Source: Candidatus Zixiibacteriota bacterium (GTDB lineage Bacteria > Zixibacteria > MSB-5A5 > GN15 > FEB-12). Taken from it: a stretch of 11,952 nucleotides of DNA. Of the stretch, positions 1 to 7,900 are shown one piece after another (the stretch's first letter is position 1; every line of letters starts with the position of its first letter). The notes beneath the pieces are model-generated. The model ran no database searches and was not told the DNA's origin. It worked only from the letters and a program-made list of their open reading frames with translations. A program made the translations under genes and the position numbers. The stretch covers positions 1 to 11,952 of the forward strand of contig JBGSIV010000091.1 of NCBI GenBank assembly GCA_041742355.1. Reading direction: 5' to 3'.

Positions 1-609
1 GCTCCAGCGCGACCAGCGCAGGAGCCCGAGCCCCTCGGGCGTCCCGCGCAGGAAGATCAAGGCGTCCTTCAAATCGGTCGTGCGACCGTCATACTCGACC
101 GCGAGGTAGAGCCGTGCTTTCGGATCGGCCAGCAGCCGGATCTCGCTCACAGCCGCGCCGGTCTTCGGCAGAAGCGGGAGCGGAGCGCTCTGGTCGCCGT
201 TGGAAACGAATACGTCGGCTACTTTCGCCCGCACCAAGCGTTCCGGACGTTGCGGCGTGAAGAAGAACAGGCCACCGTTGTCGCGCAGCTCCCGGTAAAA
301 AAACCGCGTCGTGGAATCAATATCGACCACGGGATCGGACAATTCGCATTTCATCACGGTGAACGCCGGCACCGGCCAGCGCCGCACTTCCGGGCACACC
401 GAGCGGATGAGCGACTGTGTCGCCACCTCCCAGATCCGGTCGACACGGGAGTCGATGCGCGCGAGTTGGCCGGAGTACATGTGCAGGAGGATCCGCAGGA
501 TCGGATCCATCCGTTCCGGCGATTCGGAGATCTCCGGGTTCCACGCCCGCAGTTCGCGGAACATGTCGCGGAAGATCTGCTCTCGGCTCTGTGAATCGGT
601 CGTCGTCAT
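1..609 (-). CDS. tssF: T6SS baseplate subunit TssF, N-terminal 203 codons (runs off the left edge; not in the ORF track)
   Basis: Hand translation from ATG at 609 is open to position 1: MTTTDSQSREQIFRDMFRELRAWNPEISESPERMDPILRILLHMYSGQLARIDSRVDRIWEVATQSLIRSVCPEVRRWPVPAFTVMK. The 'DP-x-x-x-LL' helix, the 'LI-x-x-x-x-P...P-x-PA-x-TV' pattern and the later 'FFFTP' and 'LYLAV' segments match the TssF N-terminus. It lies directly after tssE, with AGGA upstream of the ATG. Confidence 0.85.
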   Translation of the reverse strand, partial: MTTTDSQSREQIFRDMFRELRAWNPEISESPERMDPILRILLHMYSGQLARIDSRVDRIWEVATQSLIRSVCPEVRRWPVPAFTVMKCELSDPVVDIDSTTRFFYRELRDNGGLFFFTPQRPERLVRAKVADVFVSNGDQSAPLPLLPKTGAAVSEIRLLADPKARLYLAVEYDGRTTDLKDALIFLRGTPEGLGLLRWSRWS

Positions 610-634
610 CTATGTCCTGTTGGGTGCCCCCAGC

Positions 635-1009
635 TCAGGCCAGCCGGTAGACCGCCTCAAATTTGCGTTCTTCGCCGTTGTCTTTGTATGTCCCGGTGAC
701 CCTGACCACCATCCCCAGCCGCGCCGCCAGCTCGGCCTCGGAGGGCGAGAACGAGATCGACACGTTGTACAGCCGCTTCTCGAAAGCATCGAGCGCGTTG
801 CGCAGGGCCGAGCGGATATCGGCTTTGTTGGAAGAGAAAATGTCGCCGTACTCGCGTTCCCAGATCTCGCAGCCGAACTCCGGCAGGAAAGGCATCCGCC
901 CGAGCCGGGTCGAGAGAATGAGGCCGACCGAGTGCGTGATCGACTGCAGCAAATCCCCCCGGTTGAGATAGCCGTTGCGCAGCACGAGAGGCAGGGAGAG
1001 GTATTCCAT
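635..1009 (-). CDS. tssE: GPW/gp25-family baseplate protein TssE (124 aa)
   Basis: Begins 'YLSLPL', followed by 'SITHSVGLILSTRLGRMPFLPEFGCEIWE' and 'IRSALRNALDAFEKRL', which are gp25 motifs. The 'Y-x-x-LPL...FGC-x-IWE' form resembles Bacteroidota-type TssE. Located between vgrG and tssF. Confidence 0.9.
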   Translation of the reverse strand: MEYLSLPLVLRNGYLNRGDLLQSITHSVGLILSTRLGRMPFLPEFGCEIWEREYGDIFSSNKADIRSALRNALDAFEKRLYNVSISFSPSEAELAARLGMVVRVTGTYKDNGEERKFEAVYRLA

Positions 1010-1015
1010 ACGCGG

Positions 1016-2794
1016 TTAGTTGAGATTAATGACGGCGCCTTTCACCGTCACGGGGCCGCTCGCTTTAAGATCGAGGGTAGCGTTTGCTTTGACCTCGGCC
1101 GAGGCGCTCGCTTCCTGCTTGAGGTTCGCGCCCGCCTTGATTTCCGTGTCAGTGCCCGACTTCAAAATCAGCTTCTGCCCGGCGTCGACCGTGATATTCT
1201 GTCCCTTGAGGGTGATATCCCCTTCGGTCGAAATCGTGATGGCCTTCTTCGCGGCATCCAGCACGATCTCGCACTTCTTGTCCTTGGTGATGATCTCGAT
1301 CTTCTCGGCGCCGCCTTCGTCGGTGAGCACTATCCGGTGCCCCGACTTGGTCGTCAGCCCCTTCTTCATGTTGTCCTTCGCGACCAGGTCCGCGTCCGGC
1401 ATCGCGTTCTTGTTGTAGAGCGCGGCAATCGCGATCGGGGCGCTGGGATCACCGTGCTCGAATCCGACCAACACTTCATCGTTGATCTCGGGCAGCATAT
1501 AGAAGCCGTGCTTGTCGCCGGCGTGTCCGGTAGTGAAACGCATCCAGTCCGATTCGAGCTGGGTCGGCCAATTGAACTTTACTTTTATCCGCCCCAGCTT
1601 CTCCGGGTCGTCGACATCCGTGACCACCGCGGTCTGCAACTCCGGTTGCGGCGCGGGGAGTCGCCGGGGCCGCGGGTAGGCCGTCGCCAGCGGCGTGCCG
1701 CTGAAGATGTTGTAGTATTTCCCCCCGCTGATGAAGTGCTCGACATGTTCGACGAAGTAGACGTCCGCGACGCCGTCGAGTCCTTCCACTTTCAGCCTCG
1801 TTCCCGGCCGGATTGCCGGGAGAGACGCCTGCCCGACACACCGCACCATCTGGGCGAGGTTATGCCCCCGCTCCCACTTCATGTAGTTGTCCAACAGCGC
1901 CTGCTCGTGCGCGGTCATCCCCACATCGGATATCCCCATTCCCTCGTAGATCTCCTTCGCGGCCTTTTCTGATTTCGACGGCAGGTCGCCGAGCGACCGG
2001 TTCATGCGCACCGCCTGCTCATCGGAGACATACAGCTTCCCCATCGCCGGGTTGTAGCTGGCTGAGCTGTAGCGGAAGGGGCCGGTGCCGAGATTGAGCG
2101 AAAATGCCCCGAGCATCTCGTTCCACTTGACCGTCTCGGACGATTTCGAATTGTCCGCCGCGACACAGGTGATACTAGAGCCGTCGTAGACCGTGTACAG
2201 CCCGTGCAGCGCGGCGAGCCGCACGACAAAGTCAAAATCCGTTTCGTGGTACTGGATGATGTACGGGAACTTGCTCTGGGTCGCCTCGATCGAACCCGAT
2301 GTGACCTTGTATTGCCCGATCACCTGGCTGATTGCGTCCGACGCTTTCATCTGCTCGAACACCCGGTTCTTCGGCGCACCGTCGAGGAGAACCGTCGGAC
2401 TCTTCGCCACGATCACGGCCTCGCCGAACTGGTCGACCGAGCTCTCGAAGCGGACCTCTGTGACCGTCCCGGTAAACGACAGCAGCTTGTCGTTGGCGAC
2501 CTGCTGGTTGGCCGAGGATGTCTTGAGCGTCAGCGGCTTGCCCAGGATCCCCGAGAGTTCGTCGACCGAGATCGTCTCGCCGCTCTGATCGCCGACCCGG
2601 TGCAGGCCGATCGTAAGCTGGTGATGGTCGTTGATCGGCTGGACGAGGTGGAAGTACTGGATCTCCCGGGCGAAGGACTTACCGCTGACGGTAATCTCCG
2701 CGCCGAGATTGATCCCTATCTTCATGGCCGACTCTACGTCCCTGGCTCCTTTTGAGCCCGCTCTGCCGGCAGCACCGTTGATATCGACTGTCAT
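1016..2794 (-). CDS. vgrG: VgrG/TssI spike protein (592 aa; gp27-like hub, gp5 OB-fold and short beta-helix, no C-terminal effector extension)
   Basis: 'QYHETDFDFVVRLA' (gp27/GPD-like region), 'AVVTDVDDPEKLGRIKVKF' and 'GFYMLPEINDEVLVGFEHGDP' (gp5 OB-fold), then beta-helix repeats ending 'GAVINLN'. AGGAG lies close upstream of the ATG at 2794; an alternative start is the ATG at 2725. Confidence 0.95.
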   Translation of the reverse strand: MTVDINGAAGRAGSKGARDVESAMKIGINLGAEITVSGKSFAREIQYFHLVQPINDHHQLTIGLHRVGDQSGETISVDELSGILGKPLTLKTSSANQQVANDKLLSFTGTVTEVRFESSVDQFGEAVIVAKSPTVLLDGAPKNRVFEQMKASDAISQVIGQYKVTSGSIEATQSKFPYIIQYHETDFDFVVRLAALHGLYTVYDGSSITCVAADNSKSSETVKWNEMLGAFSLNLGTGPFRYSSASYNPAMGKLYVSDEQAVRMNRSLGDLPSKSEKAAKEIYEGMGISDVGMTAHEQALLDNYMKWERGHNLAQMVRCVGQASLPAIRPGTRLKVEGLDGVADVYFVEHVEHFISGGKYYNIFSGTPLATAYPRPRRLPAPQPELQTAVVTDVDDPEKLGRIKVKFNWPTQLESDWMRFTTGHAGDKHGFYMLPEINDEVLVGFEHGDPSAPIAIAALYNKNAMPDADLVAKDNMKKGLTTKSGHRIVLTDEGGAEKIEIITKDKKCEIVLDAAKKAITISTEGDITLKGQNITVDAGQKLILKSGTDTEIKAGANLKQEASASAEVKANATLDLKASGPVTVKGAVINLN

Positions 2795-2827
2795 AGCTCC
2801 TGCTCGCCTTCCACCCGGTCATAGGGC

Positions 2828-2854
2828 GCCGGGCGGGGTTGTGGCCCGCCCGGC
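2828..2854 (-). other. GC-rich RNA stem-loop just downstream of tssD, without a U-tract
   Basis: GCCGGGCGGG (2828-2837) is the exact reverse complement of CCCGCCCGGC (2845-2854), giving a 10-bp stem and 7-nt loop. On the minus strand it is followed by GCCCTATG rather than poly-U. Confidence 0.7.
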
Positions 2855-2867
2855 TGCATGCCATTAC

Positions 2868-3272
2868 CTACTCTTCCCACCGATTGTCGATTTCGGCGTC
2901 GCCGATCGACAGCTTGTGGCAGGAAATCTCGAAATACTCGAATACCTGGTCGTCCGGTTTGTCCTTGATGTGCGGAACGGACTCCACGTACTTCGTGATG
3001 AAGCCCTCTTCCCAGGTCAGTTCCTTCATCATGGCGTCATCGGGATTCTTGAAGACCACCTTTCCGGCTTTCCAGTTGGGCTTGGAGGAGTCCATCGCCC
3101 AGCGGGCGATGTCACTGGTGGAGTCGGATTCGCGGGTAACCTTGATTACGCCGGCGTGGGCGCGGTCGGAAGGCCGACCGGTCTCGTCTTTCGCCGTATA
3201 CAGCTCGTACGAAACGGCGTATACGTTCTTGTAGACCACACCGTCGATCTCAAGTGCCGGTCTGCGTGCCAT
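2868..3272 (-). CDS. tssD: T6SS tube protein TssD (Hcp), T6SS-iii type (134 aa)
   Basis: 'YELYTAKDETGRPS...AGVIKVTRES...WAM...KAGKVVF...MKELTWEEGFITKYVES...IS...L-x-IGDA-x-x-DNRW' is the pattern of the Bacteroidota-type TssD family. Strong RBS AAGGAGA at 3279-3285. Lies between tssC and vgrG. Confidence 0.93.
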   Translation of the reverse strand: MARRPALEIDGVVYKNVYAVSYELYTAKDETGRPSDRAHAGVIKVTRESDSTSDIARWAMDSSKPNWKAGKVVFKNPDDAMMKELTWEEGFITKYVESVPHIKDKPDDQVFEYFEISCHKLSIGDAEIDNRWEE

Positions 3273-3305
3273 AGGGTATCTCCTTCTTCAACTTGTTGAA
3301 AAGCT

Positions 3306-3332
3306 ATGTGAAACGCTCTGTTTGCTTCACAT
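3306..3332 (-). promoter_or_regulatory. Inverted repeat (hairpin or operator) in the tssC-tssD intergenic region
   Basis: ATGTGAA (3306-3312) pairs with TTCACAT (3326-3332) across a 13-nt spacer, extendable by G-U and C-G pairs in the minus-strand RNA. A second inverted repeat, TTCAAC-TT-GTTGAA (3287-3300), sits just upstream of the tssD RBS. Confidence 0.45.
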
Positions 3333-3358
3333 CTGCTGCGGCCGCCCCCGGACCGGTG

Positions 3359-4795
3359 TTACTTGTCCTTCACGTTGGTCTGGTTGTTCTCGTTCCACGC
3401 GGTGAATTCAATGTTGAACGTCCGCGCCGGATACTTCGGATTCAGGCTGACCTTGATATCGATCTCCTGGCGCTTGCGCATCTCGTCGTCGGCGAAAATC
3501 TCGACCTTGTAGTCCTGCAGGATATTGTCGCCGCCCGAGATCGCCTTCATAAACTTGTCGATATCACGGCGCATGGCGTCGATGAACTTCTGGTCGATGA
3601 CGCTGAATGTCTGCTTGTTCAAATAATTGCGCAGCGTCTTGTAGACGTAGTCGTACGTGCGGCGGATCGAGTAGACGTTAAACGTCTCCTTGTTGAAAAG
3701 CGTCGCCGCACCCATCGCCACCGCCTGCCCCTCGAAATTCACGATCGGGTTGACCCCCTTTTCGTTGATCTTCGAGGCGTCGGGCTGGTTCGCCTTGAAC
3801 CGAATATACTTCGCGTCGTTGATCTTGCCGTGCTTGAACCCGGCCATCGGCTGCTGCATCCCGACCGTCACATCCCCCTGGTACATCTTGCCCGCGACCG
3901 CCGCCGACGGCGGGATCCAGACATCCTCGTCCTCGTACTGGTTGGCCTCCCGGGCCATGACGTAGTTGGCAAACAGTGCGATATACTGCTTATAGGCGTC
4001 GGAACTCTGGAGGCTGGCGTAGTTAGGATCATCCAGCATCTCCATCACTTCCTCGAACGATTCGAAATTCGGCAGGTCGGTCAGCACCTGGACCTTGTTG
4101 GGCATGCCGATCTGGCGGCCGAAATTGTCGATCGCCTCGACACTGCCAACATACCCCGGCACCACGAGCATGCCGAACGCCTCCTTGACGCTCCACTCGC
4201 GGTAGAGATCCGAAATCGCCTTGCCGAGCGCCTCGAACTTCTCCTTGTCGTCGGGGTTCGCCAGTTCCTCGCCCGAAACATTGGCAAACCACGCATTCAC
4301 CTTCTCGTCGGGCTCCTGCTGGGCGTTCGCGAAGAACTTGTCGATCGCGCGGTACGTCGTTTCGATCTCGCGGCTCTCGCGGTGGACCTTGCGCATGTTC
4401 TTCTCGAGATTCTTCTCAAGCTTCACCGCTTCGTCGGTGATCTGCTTGCGGACGTCGTCGAGATTGTCGCTAGTGGCGAGCGCAGCCACCCACATCTCGA
4501 GCCGCAGTTTCAAAAGCGCGCGCTGCTTGGCGAATTCGGGCTTGTTCAGGAATTCCTTGCGCTGGAAATCCTTCTTCGGATCGAGCCACTCAACCCCGCG
4601 CACGAGATCCCCTTCGGCCGTCTTGAACGACGGCAGCAGGGCCGCGAGCTTCTTGAAATCGGAAAACTGATCGTCGAGAATCGACGCAAACTCCTCGTCG
4701 GACACCTTCTCGACCTCTATCGTCGGCCTGGCGGCCGGCGCCGGCTGCGCATCGGAAGCCTGCGACTGAGTATTGATTTTTTCTTCTTCACCCAT
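3359..4795 (-). CDS. tssC: T6SS contractile sheath large subunit TssC (DUF5458/T6SS-iii type), 478 aa; true start 4795 rather than 5107
   Basis: 'REIETTYRAIDKFFANA', 'LVVPGYVGS', 'ANYVMARE', 'IPPSAAVAGKMY', 'QQPMAGFKHG', 'GAATLFN', 'YSIRRTYDYV' and 'PKYPARTFNI' resemble Bacteroidota-type TssC. ATG at 4795 is preceded by GAGGT (4801-4805), which overlaps the tssB stop. The longer ORF-track start overlaps tssB in another frame. Confidence 0.9.
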   Translation of the reverse strand: MGEEEKINTQSQASDAQPAPAARPTIEVEKVSDEEFASILDDQFSDFKKLAALLPSFKTAEGDLVRGVEWLDPKKDFQRKEFLNKPEFAKQRALLKLRLEMWVAALATSDNLDDVRKQITDEAVKLEKNLEKNMRKVHRESREIETTYRAIDKFFANAQQEPDEKVNAWFANVSGEELANPDDKEKFEALGKAISDLYREWSVKEAFGMLVVPGYVGSVEAIDNFGRQIGMPNKVQVLTDLPNFESFEEVMEMLDDPNYASLQSSDAYKQYIALFANYVMAREANQYEDEDVWIPPSAAVAGKMYQGDVTVGMQQPMAGFKHGKINDAKYIRFKANQPDASKINEKGVNPIVNFEGQAVAMGAATLFNKETFNVYSIRRTYDYVYKTLRNYLNKQTFSVIDQKFIDAMRRDIDKFMKAISGGDNILQDYKVEIFADDEMRKRQEIDIKVSLNPKYPARTFNIEFTAWNENNQTNVKDK

Positions 4796-4803
4796 TATGC
4801 ACC

Positions 4804-5244
4804 TCACTCGCTCAGCAGATCGATGTAGTACCGGGCCACCTTCAGAAGCGCCTGCTTCGTTTCCGGATCGGCCAGCGCTTTCTGCAGGGACTTGTTCTTC
4901 TTGAGCTGCGATTCGAGATCGTTGAGAATCTCCTTGCCGTAGTACACCCTCGACAGGTACTCGTTCTTCTCGATCAGCTCCTTGGGCGTGAAATCCTTCA
5001 TCGCCCGGATGTGGAACTCGGCGTTCACCGGTTCGCCCTCGGTCGTCTCCAGTCCCACTTCGAATCCCGGCTGGAATTTGTCGAACACCTCTTTGAGGTT
5101 GCTGCACCGCACCGGGGCCACGTCGGCGTCTTCCTCGCTGTTCAGCTTGGCGGCGTAGAGCGTCTTGTTCGACGGGAGCAGCTCCACCGGCAGGCCGTCA
5201 TCGCGCTGGACCTTTTCGGTCGCGCCGAGAACAAATTTCGCCAT
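4804..5244 (-). CDS. tssB: T6SS contractile sheath small subunit TssB (T6SS-iii type), 146 aa
   Basis: 'LPSNKTLYAAKL...NLKEVFDKFQP...VGLETTEGE...EFHIRAMKDF...L-x-x-QLKKNKSLQKALADPETKQALL' resembles Bacteroidota-type TssB. RBS GGAGG at 5250-5254. Directly upstream of tssC. Confidence 0.88.
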   Translation of the reverse strand: MAKFVLGATEKVQRDDGLPVELLPSNKTLYAAKLNSEEDADVAPVRCSNLKEVFDKFQPGFEVGLETTEGEPVNAEFHIRAMKDFTPKELIEKNEYLSRVYYGKEILNDLESQLKKNKSLQKALADPETKQALLKVARYYIDLLSE

Positions 5245-5281
5245 CAGGTCCTCCGTCTATTTCAATTGCTGTTACTTCTTG

Positions 5282-6379
5282 TCACCTGGCGGGCGACGTC
5301 ACAAACGTGAACGCCCCGTCAGCCACATCGACAAACACGCGGTCCCCGGCCACCACCTTGCCGGTGATAATGTCGAGCGAGAGCTTGTTGACAATATCCC
5401 GCTCGATAATCCGCTGGATCGGCCGCGCGCCGAGTTCGAACGTGTAGCCGTCTTCGGCCAGTTTCCGGCAGGCCACCGGCGTCAGCTCGGCCGTGATATG
5501 CTGGTCGGCCAGGAGCTTGTTGAGCCCCTCGAACTCCAGCGCCGCGATCTTCTCCACCTGATCCATAGTGAACGTGTGGTAGATGATAATATCGTTGAGC
5601 CGGTTCAGAAGCTCCGGCCGGAATTTCTTGAACAGGAAAGCGCGCACCTGGTCCATGTCGACCGGCCGCCCTTCGCGGTCGGCATCGAGAATCATCTCGG
5701 CCGCGTAATTCGAGGTCAGCACGACAATCGTGTTGGAGAAATCGACTGTGCGGTTCTGACCGTCGGTCAGTCGGCCGTCGTCGAGCAACTGCAGCAGGAT
5801 GTTGAACACATCAGGGTGCGCCTTCTCAACCTCGTCGAGCAGCACGATCGAGAACGGCTTGCGCCGCACCGCCTCGGTGAGCACCCCGCCAGCCTCGTAG
5901 CCGACATAGCCGGGCGGCGCACCGATCATCTTAGCGACCGAGTGCGGCTCCATGAATTCGGACATGTCGAGCCGCACCATGGCGTTTTTGTCGTCGAAGA
6001 GGAACTCGGCGAGTAGCTTCGGCAGGTAGGTCTTGCCGGTACCGGTGGGGCCGAGGAACAGGAACGATCCCACCGGGCGATTGGGCAGCTTGAGCCCCGC
6101 GCGCGACTTGCGCACCGCGTTGGCCACCACCTTGATCGCCTCTTCCTGCCCGATAATCCGCTTGGACAGGAAGGCTTCCATATTCACCAGACGGTCCTTC
6201 TCGGCCGTCAGCATTTTCGACACGGGAATCCCGGTGCGGCGGGCGACCACCGCGGCGATATCCGGGTCATCGATTACCGGCTGCAGCGTGTCGACCACTG
6301 CCTTGATCTGCCCAAGCGTTTTGACCCGCTCGTCGAACTCCTTGCGGAGGATCGCGATGTCCTTCATATCCTGGTTCAT
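5282..6379 (-). CDS. tssH: TssH/ClpV C-terminal half (second AAA+ module and D2-small domain), 365 aa; start 6379 rather than 6514
   Basis: 'IAAVVARRTGIPV', 'IIGQEEAI', Walker A 'GPTGTGKT', pore loop 'GAPPGYVGY', Walker B 'IVLLDEVEKAHPDV', 'FRPELLNRL' and sensor-2 'GARPIQR'. The ATG (6379-6377) overlaps the TGA (6378-6376) of the N-half as ATGA, preceded by GGAGGAG at 6384-6390. Confidence 0.9.
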   Translation of the reverse strand: MNQDMKDIAILRKEFDERVKTLGQIKAVVDTLQPVIDDPDIAAVVARRTGIPVSKMLTAEKDRLVNMEAFLSKRIIGQEEAIKVVANAVRKSRAGLKLPNRPVGSFLFLGPTGTGKTYLPKLLAEFLFDDKNAMVRLDMSEFMEPHSVAKMIGAPPGYVGYEAGGVLTEAVRRKPFSIVLLDEVEKAHPDVFNILLQLLDDGRLTDGQNRTVDFSNTIVVLTSNYAAEMILDADREGRPVDMDQVRAFLFKKFRPELLNRLNDIIIYHTFTMDQVEKIAALEFEGLNKLLADQHITAELTPVACRKLAEDGYTFELGARPIQRIIERDIVNKLSLDIITGKVVAGDRVFVDVADGAFTFVTSPAR

Positions 6380-7827
6380 TTCGCTCCTCCCGTCGCTTCC
6401 ACCCGGTGCCCCCAGCTCTCCTTGAGCCGGTCGACCGTTTCGTTGAACGCGAGCACGGCCGCATTGAGCGCCGCGAAATCCTCCGGTGCCTGGTCGGGTT
6501 TCTTCCCCTCGCACTTCTTGAACAACGCCTCGATCTCCTCGACCTTCTTCGCCGCCGCGGGCAACTGCTTGCAGGCGTACTCCGCCTTGACTGCGAACTC
6601 GGATGCGGCTTCGTCAACAATGTCCAGCGCGACATCGGGCAGGTTCCGCTCGCTCAGGTACCGCTTCGCGTAGCGCACCGCCCCGGTGAGAGCCGCCTCG
6701 GTATACGTTATTTTGTGGTGCGTTTCGTACTTGGGGACCACGCCCTTGAGAATCCGCACCGAGTCATCGTAGCTCGGCTCGCCGATAACGACGCGCTCGA
6801 ACCGGCGGTCCAGCGCCTTGTCCTTTTCGAGGTATTTCGCGTACTCTTCCTGCGTGGTCGCGCCGATCAGGCGAATCTGCCCTCGTGCGAGCGCCGGCTT
6901 GATCAGGTTGCCGGCATCCATGCCACCCCCGCCGCCCGCTCCCATCAGGGTGTGAACCTCGTCGACAAACAGGACTATCCGCCCGGCCGACTTCACCACC
7001 TCGCTCACCAGCGCTTTGAACCGCTCCTCGAACTCCCCCTTGTATTTCGCCCCGGCCACGAGCGCCCCCATGTCGAGCTCCATGACCTTGACACCCTGGA
7101 GCGCTTTGGGCACCCGTTCTTCGATAACCGCCTGGGCGAAGCCCTCGACTATCGCCGTCTTGCCCACCCCGGCGCCGCCTACCAGCACCGGGCTGTTCTT
7201 CCGACGACGCAGCAGGATCTGGACAACCTGCTGGATCTCCTTGTCCCGCCCGATACACGGATCAAATTCACCTGCCGCCGCCCGGTTGGTCAAGTCCTCG
7301 CAGTAGCGGAGCGTCCCGGCGATCTCCTTGGCCGGGGCGCCATCGGGAGCGGTCTTGGTCGACACCTTTCCGCCCGTCATCTCGGCAACCGACTTGCTCT
7401 CGGCGATCGCCCGGTAGAAGTCTTCTTTGGTAACACCGACCTGCTCGCGCACGTAGCCCGAGAGGCGGGATTTCGGATCAAACGCCGCAATAAGGATATG
7501 CTCCGGCTCGACCAAGGCATCGAACAGCCGGGCCTTCTCCTCCAGCGCCTGGGTCAACACCGACTGCACCGCCGGGGAAACCGGCGGGTTCTCCTTGGCC
7601 GTGGCACGCCCCGGCTGGTCTTTCAGGTACGACTCAAGGATCGACTCGACCAGCCCCCGCCCCTTGCCGAGTTGATTGAGGATCGATTCGACCTCGGAGC
7701 CTTCGTGGCGAATCACGGAAACCAGGAGATGTTCGATCTCGATTTCCGCGTGGCGAAACGCCACCGCCACCTCGCGGGCATTCTTAATGACCGCCCTCGC
7801 ATCCGATGAGAAATTGGCAATATCCAT
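6376..7827 (-). CDS. tssH: TssH/ClpV N-terminal half (two Clp-N repeats, first AAA+ module, start of the middle coiled coil), 483 aa
   Basis: Clp-N repeats 'EIEIEHLL' and 'VEPEHIL', 'DPCIGRDKEI', Walker A 'GGAGVGKT', pore loop 'AKYKGEFEER', Walker B 'LFVDEVH', Arg finger 'ALDRRF' and 'RNLPDVALDIVDEA'. Its position as the first gene ahead of tssB-tssC supports ClpV rather than housekeeping ClpB. Confidence 0.9.
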   Translation of the reverse strand: MDIANFSSDARAVIKNAREVAVAFRHAEIEIEHLLVSVIRHEGSEVESILNQLGKGRGLVESILESYLKDQPGRATAKENPPVSPAVQSVLTQALEEKARLFDALVEPEHILIAAFDPKSRLSGYVREQVGVTKEDFYRAIAESKSVAEMTGGKVSTKTAPDGAPAKEIAGTLRYCEDLTNRAAAGEFDPCIGRDKEIQQVVQILLRRRKNSPVLVGGAGVGKTAIVEGFAQAVIEERVPKALQGVKVMELDMGALVAGAKYKGEFEERFKALVSEVVKSAGRIVLFVDEVHTLMGAGGGGGMDAGNLIKPALARGQIRLIGATTQEEYAKYLEKDKALDRRFERVVIGEPSYDDSVRILKGVVPKYETHHKITYTEAALTGAVRYAKRYLSERNLPDVALDIVDEAASEFAVKAEYACKQLPAAAKKVEEIEALFKKCEGKKPDQAPEDFAALNAAVLAFNETVDRLKESWGHRVEATGGAK

Positions 7828-7881
7828 TGTGCCCCGGCTGTTGCGGTGTTCACGACCGTATGCGGCCTATTTCCTTCGCGG

Positions 7882-7896
7882 TTGGCAATTGTCCAA
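7882..7896. promoter_or_regulatory. Imperfect palindrome over the predicted transcription start; candidate operator
   Basis: TTGG-CAATTG-T-CCAA has TTGG/CCAA arms and an internal CAATTG palindrome. It lies 5-19 bp downstream (minus strand) of the -10 box. Confidence 0.35.
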
Positions 7897-7900
7897 TTTT

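Noticed and set aside
4796..5107. ORF-track N-terminal extension of TssC, and similar extensions at 6380-6514, 8733-8756 and 11078-11257
   Set aside because: Each overlaps the upstream gene in another frame and reads as non-protein-like sequence. Downstream ATGs with RBS or stop-start coupling are better starts.
1..5244. Prophage tail, R-type tailocin or eCIS
   Set aside because: The two-gene TssB/TssC sheath, TssD-type tube, TssF and Clp ATPase indicate a T6SS. No capsid, tape-measure, tail-fibre or lysis genes are seen.
6376..6514. Programmed -1 ribosomal frameshift joining the two tssH halves
   Set aside because: The -1 frame is open for at least 45 codons of overlap, but I see no X_XXY_YYZ slippery heptamer in the correct phase. 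The SD-ATG spacing fits reinitiation. Not formally excluded.
5282..7827. Housekeeping clpB/clpC, or a pseudogene
   Set aside because: It is the first unit of a T6SS operon, all catalytic motifs are intact, and there is only one break, which has its own RBS.
7882..7898. Sigma54 promoter (TTGGCA...)
   Set aside because: There is no TTGC at the -12 position, and it faces the plus strand, away from the operon.
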